NCBI RefSeq assembly: GCF_002571385.2
Contig: NW_019218027.1
Coordinates: forward strand, 40,072 to 104,071
Reading direction: 5' to 3'
Length of the DNA stretch: 64,000 nt
Source: Stylophora pistillata
Lineage: Eukaryota
Positions 35,701 through 49,800 of the stretch are shown in pieces. The translations under genes and the position numbers were made by a program. Position 1 is the first letter of the stretch. Each line of letters opens with the position of its first letter. The notes below the pieces were generated by a model that was not told the DNA's origin, did no database searches, and saw nothing but the letters and a program-made list of their open reading frames with translations.

Positions 35701-38700
35701 GGAACTTTCCACTGTCAGCGCCAATGATGGCAAAGGTGTATGGTCCTCGATTTGGAGCAATATCTCGATCATGAGCCTGCAGGGTCACCACTGTGGTACC
35801 AGCGGGTTGGTTTTCCTCGATCATGCCCGTGCAATTTGAAAATAAATGAGGTGCATTATCGTTGATGTCATCAACCTTAACATTGACAGTGGCGTTACCT
35901 GACATAGGCGGCCGCCCTTGGTCTGTAGCACTTACAGTCAAACGGTAGTGTGCAATACTTTCTCTGTCTAATTTCCTTGCTGTCGTTATCACACCAGTGG
36001 TTTTATCGATTTTAAAGGTATTTCCAGTATTACCAGCCACAATTCCATAGGTAATTCTTGTTGGTTGCTTCACTATATCATCATCCACAGCTGTGACGTT
36101 GGTAACAAGTTGACCAGCAGTTTGTTCTTCCTTCACTAGGGCGTTATACATATTTTTCAGAAACCGGGGAGCATCATTGGCATCCGTAACAGTCACGATT
36201 ACAGTTGCCAGATCGCTAGTATTAGGTGTCACGCTCGTTTGTAACGTGTTCTTGGCGAGAATCCGAAGTGTTACTAAACCAGCTTTCTCGCTGTCCAGGC
36301 CTCCTGAGACACTCAAAACCCCTGTGGTTCTATCGAGCTTGAATCCCAGGTCTTTACTTTCACCAACCAGCAGAAACACAATTTCACCGTCAGGTCCTTT
36401 GTCTTGGTCAGTGGCGTATATCCGTGTCACAGACTGCCCGACCGGTGCGTTCTCGGCCACAGAAGCCGTGAACAACGACTTGTTAAACTTGGGGGTGAAT
36501 TCATTGACACTAGTGACGTGTATGAAAACTTTGGCCATTGGTTGTGAGATCAAAGGGGGCGTACCCGTATCTTTGGCCATGATGGTCAATTCGTACAGCC
36601 GTTGCACTTCATAGTCGAAGGTAACCTTGCTCTTTATTTCCCCACTTCCTGAATTGATTTCAAATGAGCTCCGTAGTGCAGTGTTAGAGATGCTATACTC
36701 AACTTTCCCGGCGTTACCTGTATCAGGATCTTGTGCCGTCACGGCAATTATCAGCTTCCCAGGAGCTGTATTCTCGGGTATATAACCGTGGTATTCTTTA
36801 CTTGTAAAGACTGGTCGGTTATCATTTAAGTCTATGAGTGTTATTCGAACAGTCTGTGTGTCCGTGCGGGCAATTTTCCCTCCGTCAGTAGCCACAACCG
36901 AAAGTAAAAATGTTTTGTGAACTTCATAATCCAGCGGCTTTATCACAAAAATTGATCCGTTGTTACGACCAATTCCAAAGAATCCCGGCGGAGTGCTGCT
37001 CTCGATGTGATAGGATACTTGGCCGTTCGTACCAGTATCCTTATCTTTGGCTTCAACTTTGACAACTTCATCTCCAACAGCCTTTGTTTCGGATATGGAA
37101 AGAACAATCTGGCCACTTGGGAACTCTGGAGGGAAGCTATTGACTTCGACAACTTCCACGTAGACGTTGGTAACGCTTTCCTTTACTGGCACCCCTGAGT
37201 CTTGAGCTTTGACCATTATGATGTACAAACCTAGGACGTTTAAAGTTCTACCCACGGTAACATTTCCACTATCTGCATCTATGTTGAACAATGATGAACC
37301 GTTTCCACTGACTGCCTTGTATCGTACTAGCGCATTTGCGCCGTCATCCCAATCATCGACCGCTTCTACCCGACCAACCGTCTCACCGGCTGTTGAACTA
37401 ACAACAGCGAAGAACTCAAACGATGAAGACTTGAACATCGGGGCATGATCATTGATATCGGTCACCTCGATCACAACGTCAACCGTCTTCTCGTGGAATG
37501 GCGTATACGGATTCCATGCTTTCACTGTCAAATTATAGAAGTTCTTGTTTCCAGTAGCACTTGGCTTGTGATACAACAATTCTCTGTAAAGGCGAAGAAC
37601 ACCCGTCTGGCGGTCAATTGTGAATGCATCGCTTGCAGGTGACGGAAGAATCGAGTACAAAATCTCGGCATTAGTACCGAAGTCGTCATCAGTTGCACTT
37701 ACGTTCATAGCAGGTGCTCCAACAGGAAACTTTTCGCGGATTTGGTGTGTCATAGGATCTGAGATGAATTTTGGAGGGTTGTCATTGACATCTAAAACAA
37801 TCACAGTAAAGTTGGACGTAGTTGTATATTGTGAGTCACTCACTTTGACTTGTAGAGTGTGGTGCGATTGTTTCTCTCGATCTAAATCCTTACCCAGAGT
37901 CAACCTACCACTGTATGTGTCAAGAACAAAAGCATTGTCTGGATTTCCACCGGAAGTGAATTCAAACTTCAAACGAGTGCTGACCTGGGTAGTGTCGGCA
38001 TCGTCAGCCTTCAGCGATGCCACCAAGCTTCCTACAGTAGCGTTCTCGTACACGGCTGCAGTCAGAGGATCCTCGAAAACAGGGATGTTGTCATTGATAT
38101 CTAGTACGTTGACTATAACAGCAGCTTCGCTTGCCATGGATTTGTTTGCCACATCTTCAGCGCGAACCATAAAAGTGTATGAAGAGATATTTTCGCGGTC
38201 GAATTGGATTTTAGTGGAGATACGCCCGTTCTTGGCAGAAATTGTAAAAGCTGAACTAGCCTGCATGTTACCCGGGACCAATTTATATTCCACCTTGCCA
38301 TAAGTCAAGGAATCTGCATCGGAGGCTGCCACCCACAGAACTGTTGTATTTATTGGAAGTTCCTCGCGAATGTCAGCTCGATAAATGTTCTTACTGAACA
38401 CGGGAAGGTTGTCATTTTCGTCTGCGATATTTACGTGAATTGTCACAAAACCTGACAGTGGTTGGCTGCCAGCTGCCTTCGCGCCGACGATCAAAGTGTA
38501 GTTTGTGCGTGCCTCATAATCCAAAGGCGACCTAATAGTTACGTCTCCACCAAGCTTGCCCACTTCAAAAACATCTCCGATGTTTCCCGCGGCGATAAAA
38601 TACATTATGTGACCAGTGGCATTTACAGTTACCAATTTAGCGCCCACTGGTGCATGCTCAGAGGCTGTGATTGTCTGGTCCGGATGTTGGAATACAGGTA

Positions 38701-41700
38701 TTGTTCCCGTCGCCACATCAATTTGCACTTTTGTAGAAGCAGAGCGTTGGGGAGCATTTACATTAGTAGCTTTTACAGTAAAGGTATATGACGAGGGGCT
38801 TTGGGGAACGTTCTGAGCCACTGAAACAATACCTGTATTGTGTGCGAGACTGAAGACGGGAGAAAGTCCACTCGTGATCGTGTATTCTGTTTCAGCGTTA
38901 GGGCCTATATCTTGATCCGTAGCTGACACCATCAGGACAAAAGTACCTGGAGGGGCTGCTGGTGCTACTGTAGCTGTGTACAGAGCAGAATCAAATATTG
39001 GATCATTGTCGTTCTCATCTTCAACAGTTAGAAGTAACCACGCTTTCCCTTCTCGACTAAAAATTCCTCCATCAGTGGCGAGCAATTCCAGCTCAAACTC
39101 TGAGTTAAGTTCACGATTGAGGCGAGCGCTGGGTTTGATTGTTATTTCCCCAGTATCACGGTCAATTTCAAACCACTCGAAACTTTTGGACAGGGAGTAT
39201 GTGATTTTTCCGTTGGTTCCCGTATCAGCATCCGTTGCAGTTACTTGGAACACACTTGTGCCTGCGGGAGCATTTTCTTTTACTGAAGCTCTCAATCTGT
39301 CTGGACTAAACACGGGGGAATTGTCATTTTTGTCATCCACTTTCACAATGAGTTCAGTTTCTGCTGTCCGAGGAGGAGACCCTCCGTCTTTAGCTTGGAC
39401 TCTCAGTCTATACTCTTCCTGTTCTTCTCTATCCAAAGAAATCCTGAGTCCTACTTGGCCAGTGTTGCTGTTGACAGTAAAAGCACCACGTTCATTACCT
39501 TGGATGATACTGTACGTTACACTGCCATCTCTACCTTCGTCATTGTCCACAGCCCTCAAAGTGATTACACTGGCTTGTAGCTGGTTTTCAGCAACATGTC
39601 TCGTGTAAGAAGATTCAAAAAAGGTGGGCGTGTCGTCATTAACGTCTCGTAAGATAATCGCCAAATCTCTGTCTGCAAACATGGACGGTACTCCTAGGTC
39701 AGATGCTCGAACAACAACGGTGTAATTGGGTGTGGTCTCTCTGTCCAGGGACCGAATGGTGCGGAGGATCCCATTTCTGGGATTTATCTCAAAAGTTCCA
39801 TCTCCACGTCCTGCAACGACAGCAAAGGTCACCTCTGCATTGCTTCCTTTGTCATTATCTGTGGCTGAAAAGCGGGCAACTTCACTTCCAATGGAAATAT
39901 TCTCGTAAACTTGCACCTCAGGTGGACTAGGCTTAAATACCGGTACATGGTCATTGTAGTCATCAATTATCACAGTCATCTCAAATTCTGCGTGCTTTGC
40001 TGGAACACCCCTGTCGATTGCTACCACTTTTACCACGTACTCCTCTTGAATTTCGCGATCCAATATTCCAGCAACTCGCAGCACACCATCACTCGTACCT
40101 ATGGTAAAGGGAACCAGAGCATCGTTAGCGAGACTAAAGCTAACCTCGCTATTACTTCCAGCGTCCAGATCGACTACGAGAACAGTTGTGACAACATCAC
40201 CCGTTGAAGCATGCTCAGATACATGAGTGATATTACTGGATATAAAGTATGGCTTGTTATCGTTGATATCACCTACATCCACCGTGACAGTAGCTGTGCT
40301 GGAAAGTTGTACTGAAATTGGAACTGCTTTGTCTCTGGCCATGATGGTGAGAAAGTAAGAGCTCTTTTTTTCACGGTCGAATTCTTTAAGGTTGTAAATA
40401 GTGCCATTAGGATGAATAGAGAAGGTGCGGTCATCATCTCCTGAAAGTATTGCGTAAGTAAGAAGAGCATTGGAGCCAAAGTCTTTATCAGTAGCTGTGA
40501 CAGTCACAATATTGCTGTGAATTCCACTACCTTCTGAGACACTCATTGAGTATGAACTTGGATTAAATTGGGGAGCATTGTCATTTTTGTCCAAAACATT
40601 CACATAAACCTCAGTGTAAGCAAACAAAGATGGGTCACTCTGATCACTTGCTGATACGTTCAAGATGTAGATTTCAACTTCCTCTCTATCGAGCCATTTT
40701 GCAACCTTTAATTTTCCACTGATTGGGTCCACTGAGAAGACTTCCTTGTGGTTGCCTGTTAAGCTGTACCTAATTCTCCCATTTGATCCACTGTCACGGT
40801 CTGAGGCAGTGACTGTCCCAAATATAACGCCGACCGCTGTCTCTTCCTGGACATTGAATGAATAGAAAGGACGGGGAAACTTTGGTGCATAGTTGTTAGC
40901 AGGAAGCACTGTCACTACAACACTACAGCTTGAGAACCGTTTGGGAGATCCACCATCTGTTGCATTCACAGTTAACTTGTAGACAGATTTAGAACTCTGG
41001 TTCAGTATTTCAACAGCAGTTATTACACCAGTTGAGCCATTTATTAGAAAAACATTCGCATCATTACCGCTTACGATGGAATAAGTAACCTGGGCATTTG
41101 ATCCAACATCCTTGTCGACTGCAGAAACAGTAGTAACACTGACACCTGGTGATGAGTATTCCCTCACGCTTGATCTATAGACATTTGACTCAAATACAGG
41201 GCTGTTGTCATTGATACCTTTAAGAGAAATTTCAACTGTTGCATTTCCGGTCTTTGGACTTGGTCCCGTAGAATCAACTGCATATACAGTCAGCACAAAA
41301 GTCGAGGTGGAGAAACTCTCGCGATCAAGCTCAAAGGCAGTTGTGATTCCTCCACTATCAGGATCTAAGATAAATGAACCATTGCTGGAGTCAGAGGTGA
41401 TATAGTACTTGATGTGTGGTCCACGAACAGCTGCTTGAACTTTAGTCACAGATGTCCCATTGGTGATATTTTCAAACACAGAGCTTCTGTAGACTGCCTG
41501 GCTGAAGGCGATTTTGTTGTTTACCCCTCCTTTCTTGAACACTGTTATTAAAGCATTTGTACTATGGGGAGGTGATCCACCATCTGTGGCTGATACTGTA
41601 AAATTCAATGGTAAGTTCTGAGAAAGTAACCTTGATTTCAAGGATAACTGTCCTGTGGTGGCATTCAATTGGAAAATGTTGTCATTATTCATGTTGTAGG

Positions 41701-44700
41701 TGACCAAACCATTAGTTCCAGCATCCTTATCATAGGCTGAAAGAGTTGCTATAACATCATTAGGAGTTTCATGACCATTCACTACAACAGCTGGTGCAGT
41801 TACAAATCTGGGACTGTTGTCATTCACATCCTTTACAACAACAATGATCTCTTTTGTTGCTGAGAGCTGCATTGGGGAATTTGCATTATCTAGTGCCCTA
41901 ATTACAAGTTTGTAGAGGCTGGTGTGTTCACGGTCAAGTTCTCGTTTTGTGGTAATCACACAGGTAGTTGGGTTTATCTCGAATGCCATTTCTTCCAGAG
42001 GTGTTTGCCTATCAATGCTAAATATTATGCGGCCACTTTCTCCACTGTCCTCGTCAGTTGCTGAGCACTGTCCAATCGTCTTCCCAACGATGCAATCTTC
42101 TTGAACACTGATAGTATTAAGTTCATCAACAAACACAGGAGCATCATTTTCATTGAGGACATTGACTGTGAGTTGCAACACTGCAGACTGAGGTGGATTC
42201 CCACGATCATCAGCAGTAATGTTCAGAGTGTAACTCCTTGTTCTTTCAAAGTTCAGAGACTTGATGAGAAACACCTCCCCAGTCAAGTGGTTGATATCAA
42301 AGACAGCCTCTAAATTCCCAGAAGAGATGGCATATGCAATCTCAGAGTTGACCCCTTCGTCTCTGTCTGTTGCCTGGACAACAGCTATTTGGGAAGATAC
42401 AGGCAAACTCTCAGAAACATTCACTGTGGCAAACTCCTTTGTAAAGTTGGGCTTGTTGTCATTGGCATCTCCGACAATAACTTCTAGGCGCTTTTGAGAG
42501 AACAAGGAGGCATCTGCAATATCTGTGGCCTGCACAGTTAGACTATAATGATCCATGTTTTCTCTGTCAAGTGAGCTGTTAAGGAATAGATTTCCACTGA
42601 GTGGGTCAATCCAGAACACTTCAGATTTTGGTTCACCAACGATAGAGAAATTAAACTTGGCATTATCTCCTTCATCAGGGTCGGAAGCTATCACTCTGTA
42701 AACAACTCCTAATCCAGAAAACTCCTGGACTGTGATAAAAGCCAATGAACGGCGAAACTCTGGAGGATTGTCATTCTGATCTTTAACAGTCACAATCACT
42801 ACTGCAGAATCTTGCTTCAGTGATGTGTCACTGCATTCTGCCTTGACTAGAAAAGTCAACGCATTCTTTCCACTGTGAGCAACTAGTTGTTCACGGTCAA
42901 ACATTCCTCTGGTGAAGATTCGTCCTGTATCAGAGTCCACCACAAAATCATCATGAGCCTCAACAAGAGAATAAGTTATTTTCTTGGTTTTCAAAGAACC
43001 ACTGTCACTTAGAAGTAGGTGGCCAACAGTGGTGCCAGGAAGTTGGTTTTCCAGAATAAAAAATTCAAAAGTGTCATTAGCAAATACGGCTTGATACTGA
43101 ATAGAGCTCTTCACATTGATAGTCACTGTGATGAAAGCTTTGAGAGGTGGGGTTCCCATATCAGTTGCCGAAACAGAAATGGTAGATGTGCCATTTGCTT
43201 TGCTGAGTGGTTTATTTACAAAGAGTGCACCATGAGAAGAAATTCCAAACAGTCCTTCTTCATTGCCTGTTGAATCAATTGCATAGGTTAGTGCTCCATT
43301 GACACCAGGATCTGGATCAACAGCAACAACAAGAAGAAAATGCTTTCCCACAGGTAAATCCCTAGGGATATCTGCCACAAGGGATGAAAACAAAAATTGT
43401 GGTGGATGATAAGTGATAATATTGACAGTTAACATGAAGGAAGAGTGAAGCGGAGGAGCTCCTTCATCAGATGCAATCACTCGCACCACATATTCAGAAT
43501 CATCAATGTTGGTTATCTTCCTGGACAGAGAAACTGCTCCTGATGTCGCATTCACCTTGAAGAGGCCATTACCATCTGCAGTCAACTGATAATGAACCAA
43601 TCCATTCAGACCAGCATCCTCATCAGTGGCAGATGTCACATAAATTTTTGTGTTTACTGACCAGTTAGCATCAATGGTCACTTGAGCACTAGGAGACTTG
43701 AATACTGGCTGGTTGTCATTTCTGTCCAGAACATCTATCTTCACAGATGTGGTTGCTGATGAGGGATGTGCTTTTGCTGTCACACTCAAGAAATAGTTTG
43801 CTTTCTTTTCTCTGTCCAAAAGTCCATTGACCATAATAACTCCACCAGAACCATCCACAGTAAAATGGTGTTGCGGATCACCAGAAATAATCTCATACTG
43901 AATGCTGTTGTTGTTGTTGTTGTTGTTTTTAGTAGTAGCAGCAACCTGTCCAACATATGTCCCAGAAGGTACATTCTCATGTACTGAAAAGTTGTAGATA
44001 TTGTGTTCAAATTTTAGAGGGTCATCAGATTTTCCTTGCACAGTGATCTCAACAGCAGCTGAAGTTTTCGCATAAAGACCACCCAAGTCACGGGCAGTGA
44101 TGTTCAGCTTGTAAAAACCTTCAGTGAGAGGTGGCAATGATACGATCTCCCCTGTAGAGCTATTGATGGAGAAATTACCATTATTTCTAGCTGCGATTGC
44201 GTAGATAATCTGTGCATTTGTGCCATCATCAGCATCCGTTGCCGTCACCTGGGTGATAACTGTGGGCTGTGCAGTTGCCAACACACTTTCCACGTAAGTA
44301 ACAGGGTAAAATACTGGACGATTATCATTAACATCACCAACATTCAACTGCACTAAAGTTGATGATGACAGCCTGGGATTTCCATGATCAGAAGCCTTCA
44401 CTGGGATCATGTAAGAGCTCCTTGTCTCCCGATCAAGAATAACTTTGGTAGTAAGGACACCACTGAGAGGATCCAGGCTGAAGGTATTCAATACTTGTTG
44501 AGGCGCAGAATCAATTTTGTATGTCACATTGCCATTATCACCCCCATCATTATCTGTCGCATTCAGTGTCATCACAACTGTTCCTGGACTCAAATTCTCA
44601 GCTAATGTTTCAAAGTAAGCATTCTTAGAAAATGTGGGCCTGTTATCATTCACATCCTTAATTGTTACTGTTACCACAGTGCTGCTATTGAGAGGCGGTG

Positions 44701-46330
44701 ATCCACTGTCCTTGGCAAGCACAGTCAGGGAAATCTGCTTGGAAACTTCTCTATCTAGAGGTGCCACAGTGGTGATGAGACCCGAGAATGAGTCAATTTG
44801 AAACCAATTCAAGGAATTACCACTTAAAATTGAGTAAGAAATCTGACCATTAGATCCTCCATCAGAATCCAAGGCTTGAACAGAGTAAACTGTACTTCCA
44901 TTCTGTGCAATTTCACTGACTGATGCTTGATAATTCAACTTGGGAAATGTTGGTACTTCATCATTTACATCAACAACTGACACCAACACATGAGCAGATG
45001 TAGAAAGAACAGGTTTCCCTTTATCTTTGGCAGTCACTGTGATGTTGTAAGCTGCAAACATTTCACGATCTAAAGCACCCTTGGTCTGAAGTCTGTACAT
45101 AAAGCCTATGCGTGCTTGATATGTGACCAAGATTAACTCAAAACTTCCATTTGTGTTTGAAAGAGACATCTCAATTTGGCCATTTGGACTGGAAGGATTA
45201 TCAAGATCGTTCACAATGACTGTTGCTATTACTGTGCCACTCTTGGACGCCTCAGAAACTTTAGCCGGAATTGTATAAATAGTTTGTATTTTTGGTTCGT
45301 TTTCGTTGACATCTTGTATAACTATGTGTACTGTTGTTTTGTTTACATTCCCCTGTCCTTCTTCAGGTTTGTCTCTGGCGAAAACTTCAAAGATGTAAGA
45401 CTTTTTAAGTTCGTAGTCTAGAGGGTTTAGTGTCCTAATGACTCCTGTGGTAGCATTTAATTCGAACATGCTTGCATCATTGTTCAGACTGTCTATGTCG
45501 TTCGCGAAATAATAAATTATTTCACCATTTAAGCCCTGATCCAAATCTGTTGCAGTCACAGATAAAATATCCACCCCAGCTGGAGTGTTTTCATTCAAGG
45601 AAGCATTGTACAAGTTACTTGTAAACACCGGCTTGTTATCGTTTAAATCCAAAATTGTAATATTTAACAAACAATAAGCATGCAGCGAAGGTTTTCCACG
45701 ATCGCTTGCAGAGATGTTCAACTCGTAAAATGCTACATCCTCGCGATCAAGTTGTCCCTGAGTAATAATACACAACAGAGAGTCATTGCATTCAGTATAA
45801 TTTCTACCGAGTTTAAATTTCCCAGCTTCGTTGCCAGACACAATAGCATAGTCTAAAGTACCATTTTGGCCAGCGTCCTTGTCAGTCGCTGATTCTAACG
45901 AAGACTTGGTTCCAACCATAACATTTTCCCAAATATTTACCGCATAAATGGATGCAGAAAACTCTGGTGAATTGTCATTGATATCGTCCACATGCACAAG
46001 CACGTCGATAAGCGTTGACGAGGACGACGAACGAACTTGCAAAGTAATCGGATTTGTGCTCAAAGTCTCTCGATCGATACGCGATGCCGTAGTTATTGCA
46101 CCGGTTCGAGAATTAAGCGTAAACCTTGATGGATTTCCTTCAATTGAATATGTTGCTCCTGTTAAAGTTTTAATGGTCCCAACAGGAGCTCCAGGTGCTA
46201 ATTCTTCTTGAACGTGAAATACGTATTGTTGAGCTGAAGCTGGTATGATTACCAAACAACAACACACAAACGTCCATGGTAGCGTTCGAATTCTGACTTT
46301 CGGTTTCCCGACGAAGGTTTTGTTAACCAT
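29800..46330 (-). CDS. FAT4: Protocadherin Fat4 / Fat orthologue; coding exons 46330-34175, 33837-33776, 33359-33055, 32575-32340, 31815-29800 (~4924 aa)
   Basis: Signal peptide; 34 cadherin repeats counted from DxNDN-type linkers; EGF repeats; two laminin-G domains; TM helix ([23 protein letters not shown]). The cytoplasmic tail has Fat/Fat4-type motifs [13 protein letters not shown] and [17 protein letters not shown] and ends in EEYV. Junctions are GT-AG and in phase. Confidence 0.93.
32623..32869. repeat. ~125-bp tandem duplication in a FAT4 intron
   Basis: tgataataca.gtttctaactcccact.catccaattgtaattcactgatattaagatgaact...gtacagtgtgaggcttagctctg x2. Confidence 0.92.
33440..33670 (-). mobile_element. 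degenerate tRNA-derived SINE
   Basis: Minus strand gcggtggcctaaccggtcagcg..gttctaggttcgagatctggc (A/B boxes); related to 58851-59116. Confidence 0.6.
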
Positions 46331-46749
46331 AATTTGTTGTATAAGACAATTCCGTGAGCTTCTTGCTTGTCATGATAATGATACTCCAAGAACAGAGCCA
46401 AAGTTGAGAGCTTCCATCGCCTCAAAGTCTGAAGTCACTACAGTAGAATGATTAACACAGAAACCGTTAGCTGATATGCACTGCGTTACATTTCACGAAA
46501 TACTGAAGCTTCTCCACAAGTTGTTCAGCATTTTAGTCTGTACGTTATCTTTACCAAAGTATTGGCTATTTCTAGCGATTTCACAGCATAGATTCAAACA
46601 ACGATATCTTTGGCACTTCCTGTCGACCCAGAGAATGATAAAACCCGCGATTTAAGGCAAATATTAGTAGAAAGACTTGCTTTCCACTTTAACATTGGAC
46701 AAAATTTATGAGAGCAACTAAAGTCACCGATGAGTAAGAAGCTGTCAAT

Positions 46750-46815
46750 CATCACTGACGCGTAACAACCGAACAACACAAGTGGGAGGGCGCACGCTAG
46801 GGCACGTGACCAATA
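46750..46815 (-). promoter_or_regulatory. candidate FAT4 proximal promoter
   Basis: GC-rich patch with a CACGTG E-box, a CCAAT box and an Inr-like TCAGT, ~430-480 nt upstream of the ATG. Confidence 0.3.
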
Positions 46816-49800
46816 AATAAATTATCTAAATTCCTTACTTGTTACAAGTAAATAAACTTATTTCTAAAGGGGAAAATGTGGAATTCAAGCCTTGTTAGTA
46901 TATTTATTGAACTTCACTGAATAAATTTGCTTGTCAGTTAATTTCCCTGCGCCTAATTGCTCATGAACGCGCCTTTCCGGAACTAAATAGTGAGCATTAT
47001 CTGAGGACATATCGGTTGTGTCGTGTTGTGTCGTGTCCCAGGGGACGGATGACAACTTGAGTGCCTATCAATTTATGTCTCGCGAATAAAAAAAACAGTT
47101 GGTGCAAACAAATCCATTGTCACAAAAATTGAAAGATTGGATTCTCGGCGTAATGTAAGACATATTATGTGCTATGACCTCTAGTCGCCGGAGGCCAACG
47201 AAGATACAAAAACATTTACTTCCAACGAGATGTTTAACGTACGATGTTTATGTTTGCCTAGACCACTGACCAGGACTTAGACAATGCCAGCGACCTCGAG
47301 GCGATTTGTTCTCTGCATGCGCCAGCTTTGCGGACGGGCAAATATTTCTGTTCGAAAGCACTTTATAGAAACTAGCTCTGAAGCGAGTACTTGGAGGGTT
47401 AAGTTATCACAGCTAATCGAAAGAATTATTTTCAAAGAAGGAGAAACGAGCTATCTAATTGGCGAGAAATGGACGTCTAGATGGTAAATCCGATTGATTA
47501 ATTTTTCCCTCCTGTGGTTTTAACCTCGCAGCGGATGATGTGCCGTGTACTCATGAAAATTCTCAATCAATCTGCTCGCTTAGGGCAATTAACTGACGGA
47601 AACTGCTTTATTGAAGGACTGCTCAAGAAAGTCACGAACAGAAATTGAACGATTCTTGATAAAATATCACACTTTAGCGTGATCAGAGCCTCACAAAAAA
47701 TATTTTTCAATCTCTGTGGCCATATTTAAAGCTCGTCAAGAAAACTAACTTCGTTAATATAAACTTTGAAATTTGATAAAAGTGAAATTTTCACACATAC
47801 TATCGGCATAATCTTGTTTTTTCTCCCCAACTTGAGACAAGAATGACATACTTGAGTTATGCTCGACCTATACCTTTCAAACAATTGACCCATAACGAGG
47901 GGATTTTTTCGAAAAAAATATATGTTGAATGAGTCCTTGGACATTTTTATTCAACACCAGAGGTAATATGCGCATACCACAAGTAACTATATAGCTTCAT
48001 GCATTGTTATATTGTGCTAAGAATCATGTTAGGGAGGCAAGAGTTCAACTGACGTCAGAAATAAGGTACAAATCGTATTAGTAGTTGTTTGCAAGATACA
48101 TTGCGCAATTAAATACTGTTTTCCGATAATCGGACTTTGGAGTTGCCCTTTTTAGGTTGGAAAATAAACAGGATGCCCGCCATTGAAAAGGAATGTTAAG
48201 AGACTGGAAATTTTTTCCCGTTTGCGTCAAATTTATTACCTGTTGATTCAAAATTTCTTTACCAGCTTTGAAGCTGATTGGAGTGTGCGATGGAAGCGCC
48301 TTTTTCTCAATGATTGATAATTCCTGTGAAAACAATGAACTGAGCGAATATTGATGGTTTAGTTCACGTTACAATAATTCGGTTCTTTTGTTTGCTCAAG
48401 AACGTTGATTGTTCCCCAACCGGTGCTTGTTTGTCTTTCAGTGCTGACATCGACTCTTAATTATAAACGTTGATAGTTCAAACTATCAAGTATGTATGCG
48501 TCTTTTGTACTTAGTTTGAAGAACGATATAAAAAAGGAGCTAAACGCATAGAACTGAGAATTACTTTGTTTCTCAGGATTTCCGATCCTAAAGCCCGCAT
48601 CTCAAAAGGTTTAGCACCCAAAAGGGAGAAGGAAAAGGTGTTTGGGAAACGGTAAAAATTCCCCTCCTCTCCCAAGTTGATGAAAAACTAGCGAAGCTTT
48701 CTCATTGAAGCCACGTGCCGTTCACGTGAGAAACAAATGCATATTGTCCAAATCCCATCTTTTTATCGTAAGACGATACCTTGAAGAAACAATCCCGGAT
48801 TAACACAAGATAAACGTGACCTCTTCAACTACATGTCAAGATATTTTAAAAAAGCATTAACAAAAGACACGCTTGATTTACAAAACACGTTTTAACGAAA
48901 ACTTCAATAGCGTTGATTCCACTTTGGCTGAGTTCTCCGCCGTAAATCATACATTTCTCATTGAAAGAGTAAAAAGTTTGGCTGCGCACGCGTAGAGGGC
49001 GACGAAATATCGTAAAATACGCAAAGTAAAACTTTTCCTTCGTCGTTTTTTTTTTTTGCCCACTTGGAGAGTTATTTAGAGCTAAGTGGTACCGCGAAGT
49101 CAGCCGAAACATTTCAGACTAAATGAATTTAAAAAATTATCCGTGAGAAACTGAAAACTTTCGACAACCATAACTGAACAAACTGAGCAAAGTTTTCGCT
49201 TACCTTCCATGAACAGATTATTTCTTAATGGTGCGTGATTATTACGCAGAAACATGATCAATCAGTAATATAATATTACGATACATTTTTTCTTAATTTA
49301 TCACGTGCGCTTAGTGCCTGAGAAAGTTTTCCGTTTTGGAAAGTTCACGAAAACCAAATTGGCATAAATTGAATGTGGAATCCGAGGCAAAAATTAAGAT
49401 AAAATACTTGCACATACCTGAACTGAGCACAAAGACTCTCCTTATAATGTCCAAAAACCTGATATATACCAACAGGACTGAAAATGATGCAAAATACACC
49501 AACAAGTTGTCTAGTATACTCACTGCGGTTTACTTAGGACGCGTAATTAATCACGCAGTTATGATATCTCGCGACTAAAACGATGCACGGGAGTTTACAC
49601 GGCTGTCGCGTTTCCGTTGCCGAGTGAAGTTAACCTAGACTCTTGTAACAGAAAATGTCCATTGAGTAAGTTCGCATGATACGAGGACATATTGCTAAGT
49701 TAATCATTTGCTTAATGTTGGTTAAGCGGCGACTGAGTTCACGACGGTTAGGCGAATGCTGCTAGCGCTAAAGACAACATACCTCGAATTCTCAGACAAT

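Noticed and set aside
34441-46211. Many 60-230 aa ORFs antisense or out of frame to the FAT4 exon
   Set aside because: Shadow ORFs of a long coding exon with no independent protein features
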